Positions 13,932 through 28,113 of a stretch of DNA of 64,000 bases are shown piece by piece; positions within the stretch are counted from its first letter, which is position 1; each line of letters starts with the position of its first letter. The stretch covers positions 110,050,001-110,114,000 of the forward strand of contig OZ024745.1 in NCBI GenBank assembly GCA_964016885.1. The letters run 5' to 3'. Made by a program: the position numbers and the translations under genes. The DNA is from Eledone cirrhosa. Its lineage: Eukaryota. The notes beneath the pieces were generated by a model, which saw only the letters and a program-made list of their open reading frames with translations, searched no databases and was not told where the DNA came from.

Positions 13932-16102
13932 ATCAGCAGCATCATATATAAATATATTTATCTATCTCTCGAATAGAATCAGTGTAAGTGCTGTGTTGAG
14001 TCTATGTATGTGTGTATATATATCTTTATCTGTTGAAAATATACATTCTTCTCTCTTTTTGTAACTTTAAAATGATTTAATACTGTCCGCATCAACGAAA
14101 ATATATTTAAGAAATAAGCAAACATATGATAAGATGAAAAACTATATACTATTTTAAGATATAACATATTTTAAAGTAGTTTTAAATTTTCCACTTACAT
14201 AGCAAAATTTCAGACACTCCCTGAGACAAAACAACAGAAACGTATTGAAAATACACAATTAAAATGGTTATAGTTTATTGCTGAATATTTTTCATTACAA
14301 AGTTTATCTTTAAAAATGGAAAACAAGTATTTTGATTTTATGCTTTATCATTGGACAATTATCTTACTTATGCAAAAATAAAACAAGATAGCTTAAAAAT
14401 TATATATACAGATGCAATAATAAAATAAGCATGAGACATATATTTTACGTAGTTTAGCTAAAAGAACTAGAGAACTGGGTCTTGGTTAAACTGCTTAAAG
14501 CCACCTCTGCTTCTCCAATACAAAGCTGCTTATCTGAAAACATTCCATTGTAGTTTTATGTCTAAGCTATGTTCCAACAGCAAATTATTAACAAGAATGT
14601 TAGTTATATTACTAAATCCATTCAAATTATGGATCATTTTCAAAATTAATTGAAAATCAGTATCTTTCTTGTGGAATATGGTAAAGAAAGGGTTAAGTAA
14701 CCATTTCAATGCAACCGATTTTAAGCTCCTAGATCAATTATTTTCCACAACTATGGTGATGCAGGATAAATATTTGTTTAACCAACTTTCAGAATAATAA
14801 ACAATGACATTTTGTACTCAGCAGTGTTCAATGTTTTACTGGTTACAATGACAGTCGATAAAATGATTAATTTCGCTATTCTTCATAACTCTTTAAATTC
14901 TTCAGAAATAACAATGAAATTTCTACTTGTGAATAACTTTCTAATTTTAGTTATTTATTAAGAATTATACTGAATTAATTAAATATGATTTTAAAATAAT
15001 TTGAATTTCAAATCATTTAAGATTTTAAATCTAAATATGTTATGTTAAAAGATTTGATTAAAAAAAAATATAATATATTTTATAGCATTTGTCAAAGACT
15101 ATGAGAACTCTCTCCACATCTATATAGACTCTTCATTGAAACCCAATAAATAGGCAGGAAAGAAGTTTAAAATATTTAGAGCAACTGAATGTTCAACAAT
15201 GGTGATATTCACCAAATTTCAATTTGCACAAAACTGAATGAGGCACTAAAAGTGTTACAGCAAAGTCAGTTTTTTTTAAAAGTATTTTTTAAATGAAACG
15301 TATTAAAATTATTTAAAAACAGAGATAAACACATGCATTGTATTTAGCTGCAAAATAATATATAAGCATAGATGCAGTGTATTATAAACACTAAAAATCT
15401 TTAAACACTCTTGAAATCTTTTGTCTCAACTCACAAATGTATGATACTAATGAACCATAAATTGCACATATATACACCACAGGACTGTGGTTGAAAGCCT
15501 TTTAATGAAATAAATGATCTCTTTTGGCCTTAGTAACTTAGAGTTAAGTTCTATATCCAGCTACGGTTGACTTCCGGGCTAATTACCGAATCAATATTTC
15601 TCACAATAATTTTGCTCCACAAATGACAGCAAATATATGATTATCATATCCTATTAACCTTTAATACTGGAGTCTTAGATCAGATTTTTAAATCAGAACA
15701 TTTTCATAGCTTTCAACAGCTCATTTATCAAACTAAAATGCTACAGGAAACAATTTCACTAAAATTTTAGAATTAAACTGTTTCTCCATTCTAAAATTAT
15801 TAAAGTTAATAAAACTGTATACCTAAATTATTCTAAAACCTATTTGTTATTTAAATCAATAATTTTATAAAGACTAATCGAGAACTGAACACATTTATAA
15901 AATTAACCCACAATCTCAATGAAAATATAAACTTGTCAAAGGAGAGAAATGCATCCCAAATCTCTTTAGCTGATGTATTAACTAACCTATATAATATACT
16001 GGCACAGATTTGATGGTCAAATAAGTAACTTTATAGTGTCTGGTACCTACTGGTAATATACTTTGGGGGGATCTCTCATAACACCCTTTTTTCTAAACTT
16101 CC

Positions 16103-16600
16103 ATGATTTTTGGAAACATTTTTTCATGCTCAGAGTTGCTGAAGCATGGAACAAACTACCGGCATCAGCTTTTAGCTGCTGGGACACTGCATCTTTTAAA
16201 ACCTCCATGCTTCCTGAAATTTTCCAACACTATACCTGATATCCTCCCTCCATACACATGCACACATATATATCATGACTCATACCCTGTTCACTTTCCT
16301 GACATTTGTACATTATTCTATGTACTATAGGGTGGTGGATGGGCAGTATCGGTAGAGGGTTGGACGCCATGCGTTAACGCATGGAGTTACGGCCCTTGTT
16401 ATTCTGAGTTCAAATCCCGCCGAGGTTAATTTTGCCTTTCATCCTTATGGGGTCGATAAAATTAAGTACCAGTAATGCACTGGGTAATTGCTGGCCTTGT
16501 GCCAAAAGTAGAAACAATTATTCTGCACCTTTTATACATGCATCTTTGATGAGTTGTAGTGCACCGAAGCACTGTACACAATAATTTTATTATTATTATT
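16103..16600 (+). mobile_element. CR1-type LINE 3' end, interrupted by a SINE
   Basis: aligns by eye to 19510-19804; peptide KHFFMLRVAEAWNKLPA; (ATT)n tail. Confidence 0.8.
16331..16522 (+). mobile_element. family A SINE nested in the CR1 3' UTR
   Basis: full head-core-tail; CR1 sequence resumes after it. Confidence 0.88.
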
Positions 16601-16979
16601 ATAAATAGGAAAGCATTGAGTTAAAGGCTAGTAACCTTTTCTCAAGATATGAAAAGATCTTGAGAAAAGGTTGATATTTTCTTGATCAACTCTTCTCCAT
16701 TCCTAGAAAAAGGGATGTTATGAAAGATCTCTCATGACCTTTCTCAAGGTGCAACATAGCTGACTCTAAGAAAGGAAGAGAAAATTGACCTGACTGTTTT
16801 ATTCATCAATCACAAAACCAAAGTTGACCTTGGTGGGATTTGAACTCAGAACTCAGTTGGTACAAATATAACAAAGCATCCTATCCAATGCTCTAAAAAC
16901 TTTGCAAATTCACCTCCTCCTTATCAGTCCTAGATACATTCTGAAAAACAGAAACAAGTGGTATGAATGCCTTTGATTT

Positions 16980-17163
16980 GAATTGGCAGTATCGGTAGAG
17001 GGTTGGACGCCATGCTTTCTAGCATAGTTACGTCCCTTTACAGTCTGAGTTCAAATTCCGCCGAGGTTAACTTTGCCTTTCATCCTTATGGGGTCGATAA
17101 AATAAAGTACCAGTAATGTACTGGGTAATTGCTGGCCTAGTGCCTAAAGTAGAAACAATTATA
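16980..17163 (+). mobile_element. family A SINE (short subfamily)
   Basis: near-identical to 55957-56145 and 51829-52009. Confidence 0.88.
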
Positions 17164-17624
17164 AATATGCTTGATCCAGTACATGCTACTAAACATAACT
17201 TGATACTACTATACTTCTATGTAGAATCTATCCCACAGAAAATAAGTGAGTATCTATAGAGATGGGTATGGAGGTTCTACCAATATCAAAATATCAAACA
17301 AAATCCAACACACAGATACAGCATACATGAAACTAACAATGTAAACTGCTGAATAATTTATTTAAAAATCTAACATTGATGTTACTATTTTTCTCCCACT
17401 ACATAGTACACAGACAACAAACTGTTACTGCAACCATATTTATTCTGAAAATGGGACTGTAAAGGTCTTGAAACATTAATACACTTATAGATTTAAGAAA
17501 CAACTTGTTTCAAACCAAACATAAAGAAGTAATAAAGAAATATGAAAAAAAAATCTTTAATACAGAAGATAAAATATTCCTGTTGAGGTAATAACATTTT
17601 TCTGACATATTCCATCTAAGGCTA

Positions 17625-17735
17625 CAATATCCAGTGTATCCTTCCTTTAAAGATGGTAGGGTGTGATATGAAAGACATTTGGCTGCTATATCTAGCAGCT
17701 TGAAAGACGGTAGATGAAGCTTCTCACTGGCTCAT
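17625..17735. repeat. dispersed repeat family C (unclassified)
   Basis: AGATGGTAGGGTGTGATATGAAAGACATTTGGCTGCTATATCTAGCAG; related sequence near 45470, 46200 (inverted), 58815, 60275 and 63140 (inverted). Confidence 0.6.
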
Positions 17736-17869
17736 TATAAACTAATCTAAGTTTGTGTGCTGTAAGAAAAGAATTCTAATGTTTGGGGAGAGCCCCTCCT
17801 CCAAGAAGAAATAAGGATAAACGGATTGCAAATAAACCTTACTTATAGCTTTCTAACACACCTCTCACT

Positions 17870-18172
17870 TTTTCTCAGATGAAGGCTGCCGCCAAAAATG
17901 TAGACCTCCCTTCTCACAGATCACAAACCTATTTCACTTAGTGAACTTTCTTGTGGGATGTTCTATGTTTCCATGTGTATGTAATGGGCTTCTGTTTATG
18001 AGATATGACGATGTAGCTATATATATATATATATACACACATATATATACACTTGTGTGTGTATATATGTGTATATATATACACACACATACACACCTAT
18101 ATATATACATGTGTGTGTCTTTTTGTTTGTTTGTTTAGGTATATAGTCATATCTCATAAACAGAAGACCATT
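17870..18172 (+). mobile_element. putative Penelope-like pseudo-LTR relic with 37-bp inverted repeat
   Basis: arms 17983-18019 and 18136-18172 flank a microsatellite; degenerate CAGATGA-A-GGC-TGCC-GCC-AAAA at 17876. Confidence 0.45.
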
Positions 18173-18869
18173 GAGGCACTGCAGAAGATGACTAAATGAT
18201 GTTTATCTACATAATTCCGTCAGACTGGAAATTCAAATCCAGTAAATCCATTCTTCAATGTTGCCAAACCATTTCTTGCTTTGTCTAGAATATTTCCTCT
18301 TTCAAATAGTATATTAGCTTTGCTTAATGCTTTGCCTTTCACCACCAAAAATATTTAATAGCTATTTCTACCGTTTTTAATACTTGGTTCCCTATAATGA
18401 GGCACTAATAAACAGCTTAAAAATGATAAGTTCCTATATATTTCTTTGTTAAATAGGTCAGAAGCAATCATAGTCCACTATTGTAGAATTTCTGCTCTGT
18501 CAGTGATAGGTTTGCCAGGCTTTTCTTTGGAGTTACAGGCATTTCATTGTCTTTGGTGGTATTAATTATTTTGCCACTTTATGAGTTTTTTTTTGTTTTG
18601 TTTTTTTGCTGTTTGATGCCATTGCCCATTGATTTCCTTTTTCTCAAAACTAATTTTCTACATTTTGTATTAAGCCATCTTTTACCTGATTGCTCTCTTT
18701 ATATTCTTATTTTGTTTCAAGCAAAACCTTTCTTTAATTTTTTTCTTTATTGTGATAAAGTTTTATAATTTCATAGTTTATTATTGACCTGTTTGGTCAA
18801 TATTTGTCTATTATCTCACCTGAAATTTCAAACATTACTGTGAAGAAGATTCAATTACTTTATAATGAA

Positions 18870-19084
18870 AGTCACTGCCTATTATTTTCAAATCCTTTTG
18901 AAAATAATAAAGAGTATGGAAGGATTTTGTACCTCAAAACCAGTGTTTAGGTTGTAACTTAACAAGGATTCTTATATTAAATTAATACAGATGGTATTTA
19001 GATAAATATAAACATTTAAAAATAAACAGCTATGTATCGCAAAACCAGGTGCAGTTTCAAGTGGTTTGGTATCAAAAGTGTTAG
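18870..19084 (+). mobile_element. family P2 MITE copy
   Basis: shares TAGATAAATATAAACA.TT.AAA.TA.ACAGC...AACCAGG with 3829-4057. Confidence 0.6.
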
Positions 19085-19309
19085 GTTTGATTCACAATTT
19101 AACAGCTTACAGATTTTTAAAAGGGTAAACTTTTCCTTTTGTTCTAACTTATCTTTTGTGATTTTGTGATAGCAATTCATTCCTATGATGGGATTGAAAC
19201 CCTAACCTTATAATTCATAACATGACAACAACATTACAATCTACTGAAAAAAATGAATATTTTTGAAGATATTTTTAGTTTTGAATTCCAAGCTGTAGAA
19301 ACATATTTA

Positions 19310-19804
19310 CAACAAGTACATCTACCATACTCTGAATGCCTTGCTTCCCAGGGCATGGAAACATTAAAGCTCCGACATCTGGCAACTGACTTGGTAGATA
19401 CCCACAAGATTATTAACCATCTTTCCAACAACAACCCTGAGCCCCTTTTTGAATTCCATGTGTCTAACACCTGTAGATACGCTTACAAAATCAGAAAACA
19501 ACACAGCTCCCATAACATTCGAAAACATTTTTTCATGCTCAGAATTGCCGAAGCATGGAACAAACTACCTGCTCCAGCTGTTAGCTGTCGGGACACTGCA
19601 TCCTTCAAAACTTACATGCTTCTTGAAATTTGCCAACACTACACCTGATATTTCCCTTCCAATTACATGCATGTGTCAGTGTGTGTATCATAACTCATAC
19701 ACTGTTAACTTTCCTGACATTTGTACATTATTCTATGTACTATACATGCACCGTTGATGAGTTGTAGTACACCTGAGCACTATACACAATAATTTTCATT
19801 ATTA
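19310..19804 (+). mobile_element. CR1-clade LINE 3' fragment (RT C-terminus and 3' UTR)
   Basis: LPYSECLASQGMETLKLRHLATDLVDTHKII...RKHFFMLRIAEAWNKLPA...SFK, a typical CR1 ORF2 end. Confidence 0.85.
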
Positions 19805-19884
19805 TAGTGTTATAAATAAAAGGCAGCAAATTAAGAGAAGCATTAGAGTGTGTGGCAAAATGCATTGTGTTATTTATTTAAATA

Positions 19885-20072
19885 AGGGCGGGGGATTGGC
19901 AGTATCGGTAGAGGGTCGGACGCCATGCTTTGACGCAAAGAGTTACGGCCCTTACCATTCTGAGTTCAAATCCCGCCGATGTTAACTTTGCCTTTCATCT
20001 TTACGGGGTCGATAAAATAAAGTACCAGTAATACACTGGGTAATTGCTGGCCTTGTGCCAAAAGTAGAAACA
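19885..20072 (+). mobile_element. family A SINE with 16-bp TSD, nested in an older SINE
   Basis: TSD GTTATTTATTTAAATA at 19869-19884 and 20073-20088. Confidence 0.9.
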
Positions 20073-20899
20073 GTTATTTATTTAAATACTTTGAATTCTT
20101 AATTCAACTCCTACTGAAGTCAATTTTGTCTTTCTTTCTCTTTCTAGTCTAAAGTCTGTCCTATAATAAATATCACAAAACATTTTGTCAAATACTGTAT
20201 TGTTTATTGGTTCTGCCAATCCCCGGTCCTTGTGAGAATGCAATAATAATCAGAAATTAAATTGCACACAATATTCTAACTGTATTATTATAATTCTTTT
20301 TATTACAATATTAGAATAGATATCTTTTCTCAAATATATACGTTCTGATTCAAAAAAAACCCAAAACAAACCCTGCCTGGCTAAAGAGCATAAATGAGGA
20401 TAGAAGGAAACTAGGTGATAAAACAGAGGTAAGAGAAGTTATGAAAGAGAGAAAGAGGGAGTGAATATGCAAATAAGAAGGAAAGTGAATGACAGTGATA
20501 AAAAAAAAAAGAAAAAAAAACAAATTGATAGAGAAATACAAATCAAAGTTTAAAAAATGAAGAAAAACTTATATAAATATGAATTATTATACTTAGAGGT
20601 GAGAGAGATAGGTAGATAGTTACATAGATAGGCAAGAAATAGATAGAGTGAAAGATAGTGTGATGATAGAAGGAGAAAATCAGTGTGCTATGTAAAGAAA
20701 AAGAAAAAAAGAAAATAACAGAAATTAAAGAGACTCACATTTTTAAATATGTTTTTAAATGATTAAAAAAAAAAATGGTGAAATTAAATTTTCAGAAACA
20801 ACGGAATTAATAAAATACTGAAATAAAATGGGAGAAATTTTTAAATGTGAGAAATTATATAAAAGTTTAAGAAAAGTTCACTAAAAGAGCAAAGCAGTA

Positions 20900-21545
<646 letters not shown>

Positions 21546-22699
21546 TGTTAGCAGGATGGGATTCCTCCTGTTAGAAACCAATTGCTTTATTGCTATTAAA
21601 TGAAATAGAAAAATGCCCTTCTTACTCTAACTCAGCAGTGTCTATGTTTTTCTTAGAACAGCTTCTATTTTTCTTTTTTTTTTTCTTCAGTATTTCAACC
21701 ATATCACAAAAACAGAGACACAAAAAAGTTCTGTTGCTTAAAGACAGCATTCTTTCTTGAAGTAATCTCTTTCTCAGATTTGCTCCTAGCTGTTAGAATG
21801 AATCTCAGGACCAAATCTGTAATTATGAAAACGAAAAACAAAATAAAACGAAACACAAGAAAAACAAAAGAAAAGAATAATTTTTTTCTTATTGTACTTT
21901 TATTTACATTTATTTATTTATTAGTATCCCTCACCAACATCCAGTTTGTTTGGCGAGGGTGTAAAAAAAACAACAACAACACAACAATGAGAATGAAAAA
22001 GACAAAGAATTAAAGAAGAGGAGATTAAAGGCACACGAGAATAAATTGTCGACATGGTTTTTGATTTTTCTTGTAAAACACAGAATGCATAATATGTTAA
22101 CAATACACACATACATACATACATACACTCACACACAAATAATATAAAAATACAAAAATAAGGACAGTAAAAACTTCCAAAAAAAATATGTGGAGGTTTT
22201 TCAGGTACGCTTTAAGTAATGGGATGTGAATGGAAAGCTGCACGACAAACAAGGCACAAACAAACTTATGGAAGACGAATCATTGTATGAAGTGAAGCAC
22301 AATATTTCCGGTAGTAGAGTTTGGTTCAGTGAAAAGAAGGAATACAAACAGCAGGAGGGTTCTTTGTTGATTTTCACTTGATCTTCGGCATAAAAAAAAC
22401 TAGCTTTTCGTAGAAACCCAAGTAAACAACAAATTGGTTAAAGAAAGAAAACTCATGAAAGCTGTTCATTATAATAAAAATAAAGGTAAAAACAAATACA
22501 TAGATAAAAAACACAGGACTTATATTTCCCTTCTAATGTGTAGTACAAATAAAAAAAATATAGAACCTTATTGGGTTTTAGCACTTATATAAAATGATGG
22601 CCACCACCATACTAAAACAATTCAAATATTCAACATTATTTTAGTCTTGCATAGCAAATTAGACTTAGGATGGTCTACCATATATCTATCTATATATCA

Positions 22700-22848
22700 A
22701 CATCATCATCATCGTTTAACGTCCATTTCCCACACTAGCATGGGTTAGACGAGCTGTCCTGTTGTAAGACAAGTCAGGTTGGAGGACCATGCTTTGCTCA
22801 CACAAAATTGGTTTTGGCTTGGATTCTACGGCTGGATGCCCTTCCTAA
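22700..22848 (-). mobile_element. family B 3' fragment
   Basis: (CAT)n-CGTTTAACGTCCATTTCCCACACTAGCATGGG...GGCTGGATGCCCTTCCTAA. Confidence 0.75.
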
Positions 22849-23505
22849 TATAGCATTATCATCATTTATATATATGAGGTCGGGCCCAATCAATACAGAT
22901 TGAAGCCCTGAGCTGATCAATTGTGAAACGCATGTCACACCTCAATAAATGTAATGAAGATTTGACACCTCTTCCATACTATTATCATCATTATTATTAT
23001 ATATAAATATATATATATCATGCTGGCATGGAAGATGGACGCTAAATGACGATGATGATGATGATGATTTTAGGTGCCTCTGATAAGGTTATCATAGGAT
23101 AGTCTCACAGAACAGGTCAGACATAGAGGAGTAAGTCTCAATAAAAATCCTGCTTGTCTCATAGTAAGTAGTAGTTCATGCAGTGGCTACCATTTTAATT
23201 AGATGACCTCGGCATCATGAACACCAGTGGCTTTGTAGATGATTCACTATCAATTTGACAATGAGTTGGCACAACTGCTTCAGTTAGTGGAGAAATCTAT
23301 GAGTATGTAGGTGTGGTGAGCTATATATATTCCAGCCATTAGAAAAAGCAAATGCTTCACCTTTGATGGAGGGACGACCCAAGAAGAGAAGAGAAATATA
23401 TATATATTGAGTGTCCATGGTGTGAAGACTGGGAAAACCATAAATCAGAGAAGTATTCAATGCATGGTAGGATGCAGGATGGATATATTAATCCATCTTC
23501 ATATA

Positions 23506-23857
23506 TCATCATCATCATCATCATCATCATTTCATTTTATGTCCACTTTTCCCTGCTTGCAAGGGTGGGACGGCAATTGATTCTGGCTTGATTTCTACAG
23601 CTGGATGCCCTTCCTAACACCAACCTCATTTACAGTGAGTGTTGGGTGCTTTTTTGCCGTGGCACCTCCACGACCACTTTGCAGTGGAATGATAGGGATC
23701 CCAGTCCCTATAATCTCATTTCTACAGCTGAGTAAACTGGAGCAATGTGAAATAAAGTGTCTTGCTCAAGGAAACAACACATCACCCGGTCTGAGAATTG
23801 AACTCACAACCTTTCGATTGCAAGGCCAATGCTCTAACCACTAAGCCATGCGCCTCT
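23506..23857 (-). mobile_element. full-length composite SINE: tRNA head, CORE-like segment, RTE-derived body, (GAT)n tail
   Basis: minus strand GGCGCATGGCTTAGTGGTTAGAGC (A box), GAGTTCAATTCTC (B box), CCTTGAGCAAGACACTTTATTTCAC, then GGTGTTAGGAAGGGCATCCAGC and tail. Confidence 0.85.
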
Positions 23858-23869
23858 ATTAACATAATT

Positions 23870-24125
23870 TTATATTTGTTTTCCATACTTGCCTAGATTG
23901 GATAACTCTTTTCCAGCACATCATCTTGCCACTTGTTTCACTCTTTTATTATCTCCTTCATAAGGTTCAGCTACCCAAGATTAGTATTCATCACTTCTTA
24001 CCATGCCTTCCTTGGCCTTCTGTTTCTGTTGGTTCCTACCATTTAATTAGCTAGGCACTTTTTTCCCCAATTGTCATCCTTCATATGCCTTGTATGTCTG
24101 TACCAGCTAAGTCTTCTCCATAACA
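23870..24125 (-). mobile_element. degenerate RTE LINE 3' end
   Basis: RRLSWYRHTRHMKDDNWGKKC...RRPRKAW with stops. Confidence 0.6.
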
Positions 24126-26144
24126 CTACATTTGATTCTTCTTACACTTTTCAGTTTTTTACCACCACCACCACCACCACTACTACCACCTCCACCACCA
24201 CCTCCTACACACCTAGTAGAATACACTTGTCAAATTTCTTTCCAGCCTTTATACATCCTCTAATTGTTTCCATACTTAAATTTTGTAGAAATCCATTTAG
24301 AAAAATTTTATCATATGCTTTTTTAAAAAATATTTTCAATATAATATGATAGCATTGAATTGAATGATCACAAAATTTACTGAACATATTTTCATAGTAC
24401 GGAGCTGAAATTTTTTACTCTATAATTTTTTACTGACTAATGAGCCAATACACATTGGATACTATATATTAGAGATAGTATATATCATTATATATTTAAA
24501 AACCTGTCACAGTCAACTTTGCCTTGCATCCTTCTTTGGTTGAAAGAATAAAGTACCAGATAAATATTGGGGTCAATAAAATCAACTATACCCATCCCAA
24601 ATTCTGAGGCTTTTATCCTAGGTAAAAAAAAAATCAGTATGTGTATGTAAGTGTATAAATGTTTATGTTTAGATGTGTGGATGTATGTGCATTCATTTGT
24701 GTTAGTAGAGGCATGAGTAGTGAGTCTATAAATACAGCGTGTGTTTTTTTTTGTGAAATTTGCATGTATGTGATTTACTAAATTACATGCAATGTGTGTG
24801 TATGCACTTTTCTTCTCTTCATTTATCAATAATATTCTGAATTCCAGTTCAGTGCAAGCAGTATTAGACATATCTTCTTCCTACTAGAAATGATCAGATA
24901 GCATAAATAATAGACAAGCCACATAAGAGAATAAAAATAAAACTGATAGAGGGAGAAGTGGGATGAAGATAGAGATGTGATAATAAGAGTCAACATAGGT
25001 TTTGATGACAAGCAACAACCATTGTGTAAAGCACTGACTGGGGAAATGGGGAAATAGAAACAGTGACAGCTAGCATGAATATAAAAATAGAAAATGAAAT
25101 CATCTTTATTTATTAATTCATTTGTCAGAATAACAAGATTAGTTGATTTGAAGTGTATCCAACTAGCTTTAGATCTCATTGGAGGGGAATTATACAGTGT
25201 CATCTTTAAATGAATGCTGCTCATGATATAGCGAGATGAAAAATATGAATAAAATGAAAGAATAAAAGTGCTTGTGTGAAAATAAGCTTCACCATGTGTT
25301 TTTAATGGTCTGTTATTCGGAAAAATGTTGTAGTGTATGTAACTCTATTTATAAAATTAACAAGTGGTTATTTTTTTTTTTTTTTACATATCTGAATCCA
25401 TAGAAAAGGTTATTTTATTATTTGTATATCTTTCATTTGTATAGCTTAATTTTATTTTTTTTGCTGTTTATTTTAACCTTCTATATTTTTCTATTACTGG
25501 TTTTAGTCATTGGACTGTGGCCATGCTGGAGCACTGCCTACAAAGGTATAAACGATTTATATGAATATCAGTGCTTGTAGTAAACTGGTGCATATTTCAC
25601 AGACTTTTACTGCTTAATCAGGAAGGGAAAAGCGGAGTCTATGACCCTTTATACTTTTAGGGCTACCAAAAGGAATGGGAGGAAGGAAAGGGGTTACTTT
25701 TAAACCAGAGATCTGGCTTTAATACTTGAAACAAAATTAACTCCATTAAAGTCATACACAAACCTAGTGTTGGTGTTAAACTGAATAACACATTAAGTCT
25801 ACTACCCAGGAGCCAGAAGAAGGGTCACAACACATCTTATCTAATATTTACAATTCTAAAAATTCCCCACACTGGACGGGTATATAATATTATCAACCTC
25901 AAAAGGATGAAGGGCATGGTTAGCCTCAGTGAAATTTAAACTCTGCCCACAGGAACAGATATCGTAAAGCATTTTATCCTATTATCTAATCAATGGCTTT
26001 GCCAATTTGTTGCAAGGATGAAAGGCAGAAATGAAGGTGACTAGGAAGTAAACTGAGCAGATAGTGGAATGAAATATAATGGAAAATCACAAGATATTGT
26101 TGTCCAAGCTACACACATTCTGTCATCCACTGGTACATGTATTT

Positions 26145-26300
26145 TTTCTTTTACTGGTTTCAGTCATTAGGCTGCAGCCATGCTAGAGCACAACCTTGAA
26201 AGGATCTAGTTGCTTATATCAACCACAGTATTTATTTCTTCAAACCTGGTGCTTATTTTATCAATCTTTTTTCATCAAACTATAAAGTTACAGGACATAA
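26145..26300 (-). mobile_element. SINE 3' module fragment (family D)
   Basis: TTTTACTGGTTTCAGTCATTAGGCTGCAGCCATGCTAGAGCAC; second copy near 25490, inverted relic near 30225-30330. Confidence 0.55.
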
Positions 26301-26334
26301 TTAAGCATTTATTGCAAATAAAGACATAAACATG

Positions 26335-26720
26335 GTATCACAAAAAACATCCAGCCCACACTGTAAAGTGGTCATGTAGGTGTCACGACAAAAAGCACCA
26401 AGCCTACACTGTAAAGTGGTTGTGTAGGCGTCATGACAAAAAGCACCCAGTCCACACTGTAAAGTGGTCATGTAGGAGTCATGACAAAAAGCACTCAGCA
26501 CACACTGTAAAGTGGTCATGTAGGAGTCATGACAACAAGCACTCAGCACACACTGTAAATGTGATTGGCATTGGGAAGGACATCCAGCTGTGGAAACCAA
26601 GCCAGAAACAGTTCTATGTGAGCAAGACATGGTCACCTGACACAACTTGCTTCAAATGGGACAACCCATCTAACCCATGCTATCATGGAAAAATGAATGT
26701 TAAACAGTGTTGATGATGAT
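26335..26720 (+). mobile_element. family B element with about 6 internal 39-40-bp tandem units
   Basis: CACACTGTAAAGTGGTCATGTAGGAGTCATGACAAAAAGCAC repeats, then GGAAGGACATCCAGC and (GAT)n tail. Confidence 0.8.
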
Positions 26721-27109
26721 AATATGTGTGTGTGTGTATATATATAATTAATATATATTATTTGATGACAGTATAATTAGAAAATAATTTTATTTAGCAA
26801 CTAAACAACTATCCCACTGGTCTATTTATTCTCTTCGATCATCCATTTTTTCTTTGTATATTAGTTTTTTCCCAAATATATATCATTGGATTAGAACCAT
26901 TAAACTTTATGTGTATCAAAAAGATTTTGAATGTATTTGAAAAATTCCATTTTAAAAGGTACTAAGATGCTGAAATGCCTTTAGTCTTGAAATGTTTTTG
27001 ATGAAAAGAAAGAAATGATAAAAACAATGGTTGTTTATCAGTTTTCTGAAAATGAAATATTTAAAATCTATTTATAGATTATTTTTCACACACACATCAC
27101 ACATACAAA

Positions 27110-27150
<41 letters not shown>

Positions 27151-27989
27151 ATGTATGCATATATAAATTTTCTTTTTCTTTTTAGTGGTTTCACAGAAAG
27201 TGTTTTCTTTAAATTTCAGAAGATTTTCCTGAAATCAGTTAAGTACAGTCACATCAATTAAACATTTATAAGAAAAAAATAATTCTTAATAGTGCATTTC
27301 ATTATATTAATAAATGGAATAAGGTTTTTATGCTCAAATTATAGGGTGAAGTAAGCTCTGATATGTGTAATATTTAGTAATATTCACGCCAAAATCTTGT
27401 ATTCTTTCTCTAACTAATACTTATGAGCAAAGTCTTGAAACCTTCAACATACAGGAATTTATAGAATTTGTTACTTATCAAATATCTATATCTATCTGTA
27501 TATAGCGCAATGTCTATGTGTCTGTCTTGTCCATCCAGGAAAATCTTGGGCCAAAAGCAATGCTCTGTGGTATGGTTCCTAATAATGATGTTGCTAAAAT
27601 GAACCTCAAAATAATATAAATGATCATTGTTTTCAATTGAGGGACAAAAGCAATTGCCCTGTACTGTTTTCCAAACATTTCAAACCTGCTACACATGCTA
27701 CCTGGAAGCAAGGTTAATTCTATATGAGAAGAGAATCAAATATTACTAATCATCATCATTTGACATCTGTTTTCCTTGCTAATAAGGGTTGGACATTTCA
27801 CAGACTGGTCACTACTCAAAGCTAATACCCCCATAAATGGGCCAGAGGCCTACATCTCCCTTACATACATCCCTGTACTGTATCAAAGGATGATTATTTT
27901 ATTATTAAATTTTTAAAAGCAAGAATATAATTTTCAGACTATTTTTCTCGTTTTCAAACTGTGTATTTACAACATTGGTTTTCTCCACT

Positions 27990-28113
27990 ACATTCTGAGT
28001 TCAAATCCTAATGAGGTTAACACTGCCTTTCATCCTTATGGGGTAATTAAAATAAAGCACCAGTAATGCACTGTGGTTATTGCTGGCCTTGTGCCAAAAG
28101 TAGAAACAATTAT
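27990..28113 (+). mobile_element. 5'-truncated family A SINE with TSD
   Basis: TTTTCTCCACTACATT (27979-27994) vs TTTTCTCCCCTACATT (28114-28129). Confidence 0.8.

Noticed and set aside
18812-18835. AG|GT recursive splice-site candidates (also 22200, 46700, 56775)
   Set aside because: Pyrimidine tracts are weak, strands are mixed, one lies inside a MITE, and chance occurrence is expected.
21550-22450. Unique CpG-containing stretch as a promoter or 5' exon
   Set aside because: No diagnostic motif or convincing ORF; it needs expression data.
23750-23857. tRNA gene
   Set aside because: It has A/B boxes but no intact cloverleaf and is fused to a SINE body; the same applies to family A heads.
26301-26713. 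Cys/His-rich repetitive ORFs resembling zinc fingers
   Set aside because: They are translations of the retroposon's internal VNTR.
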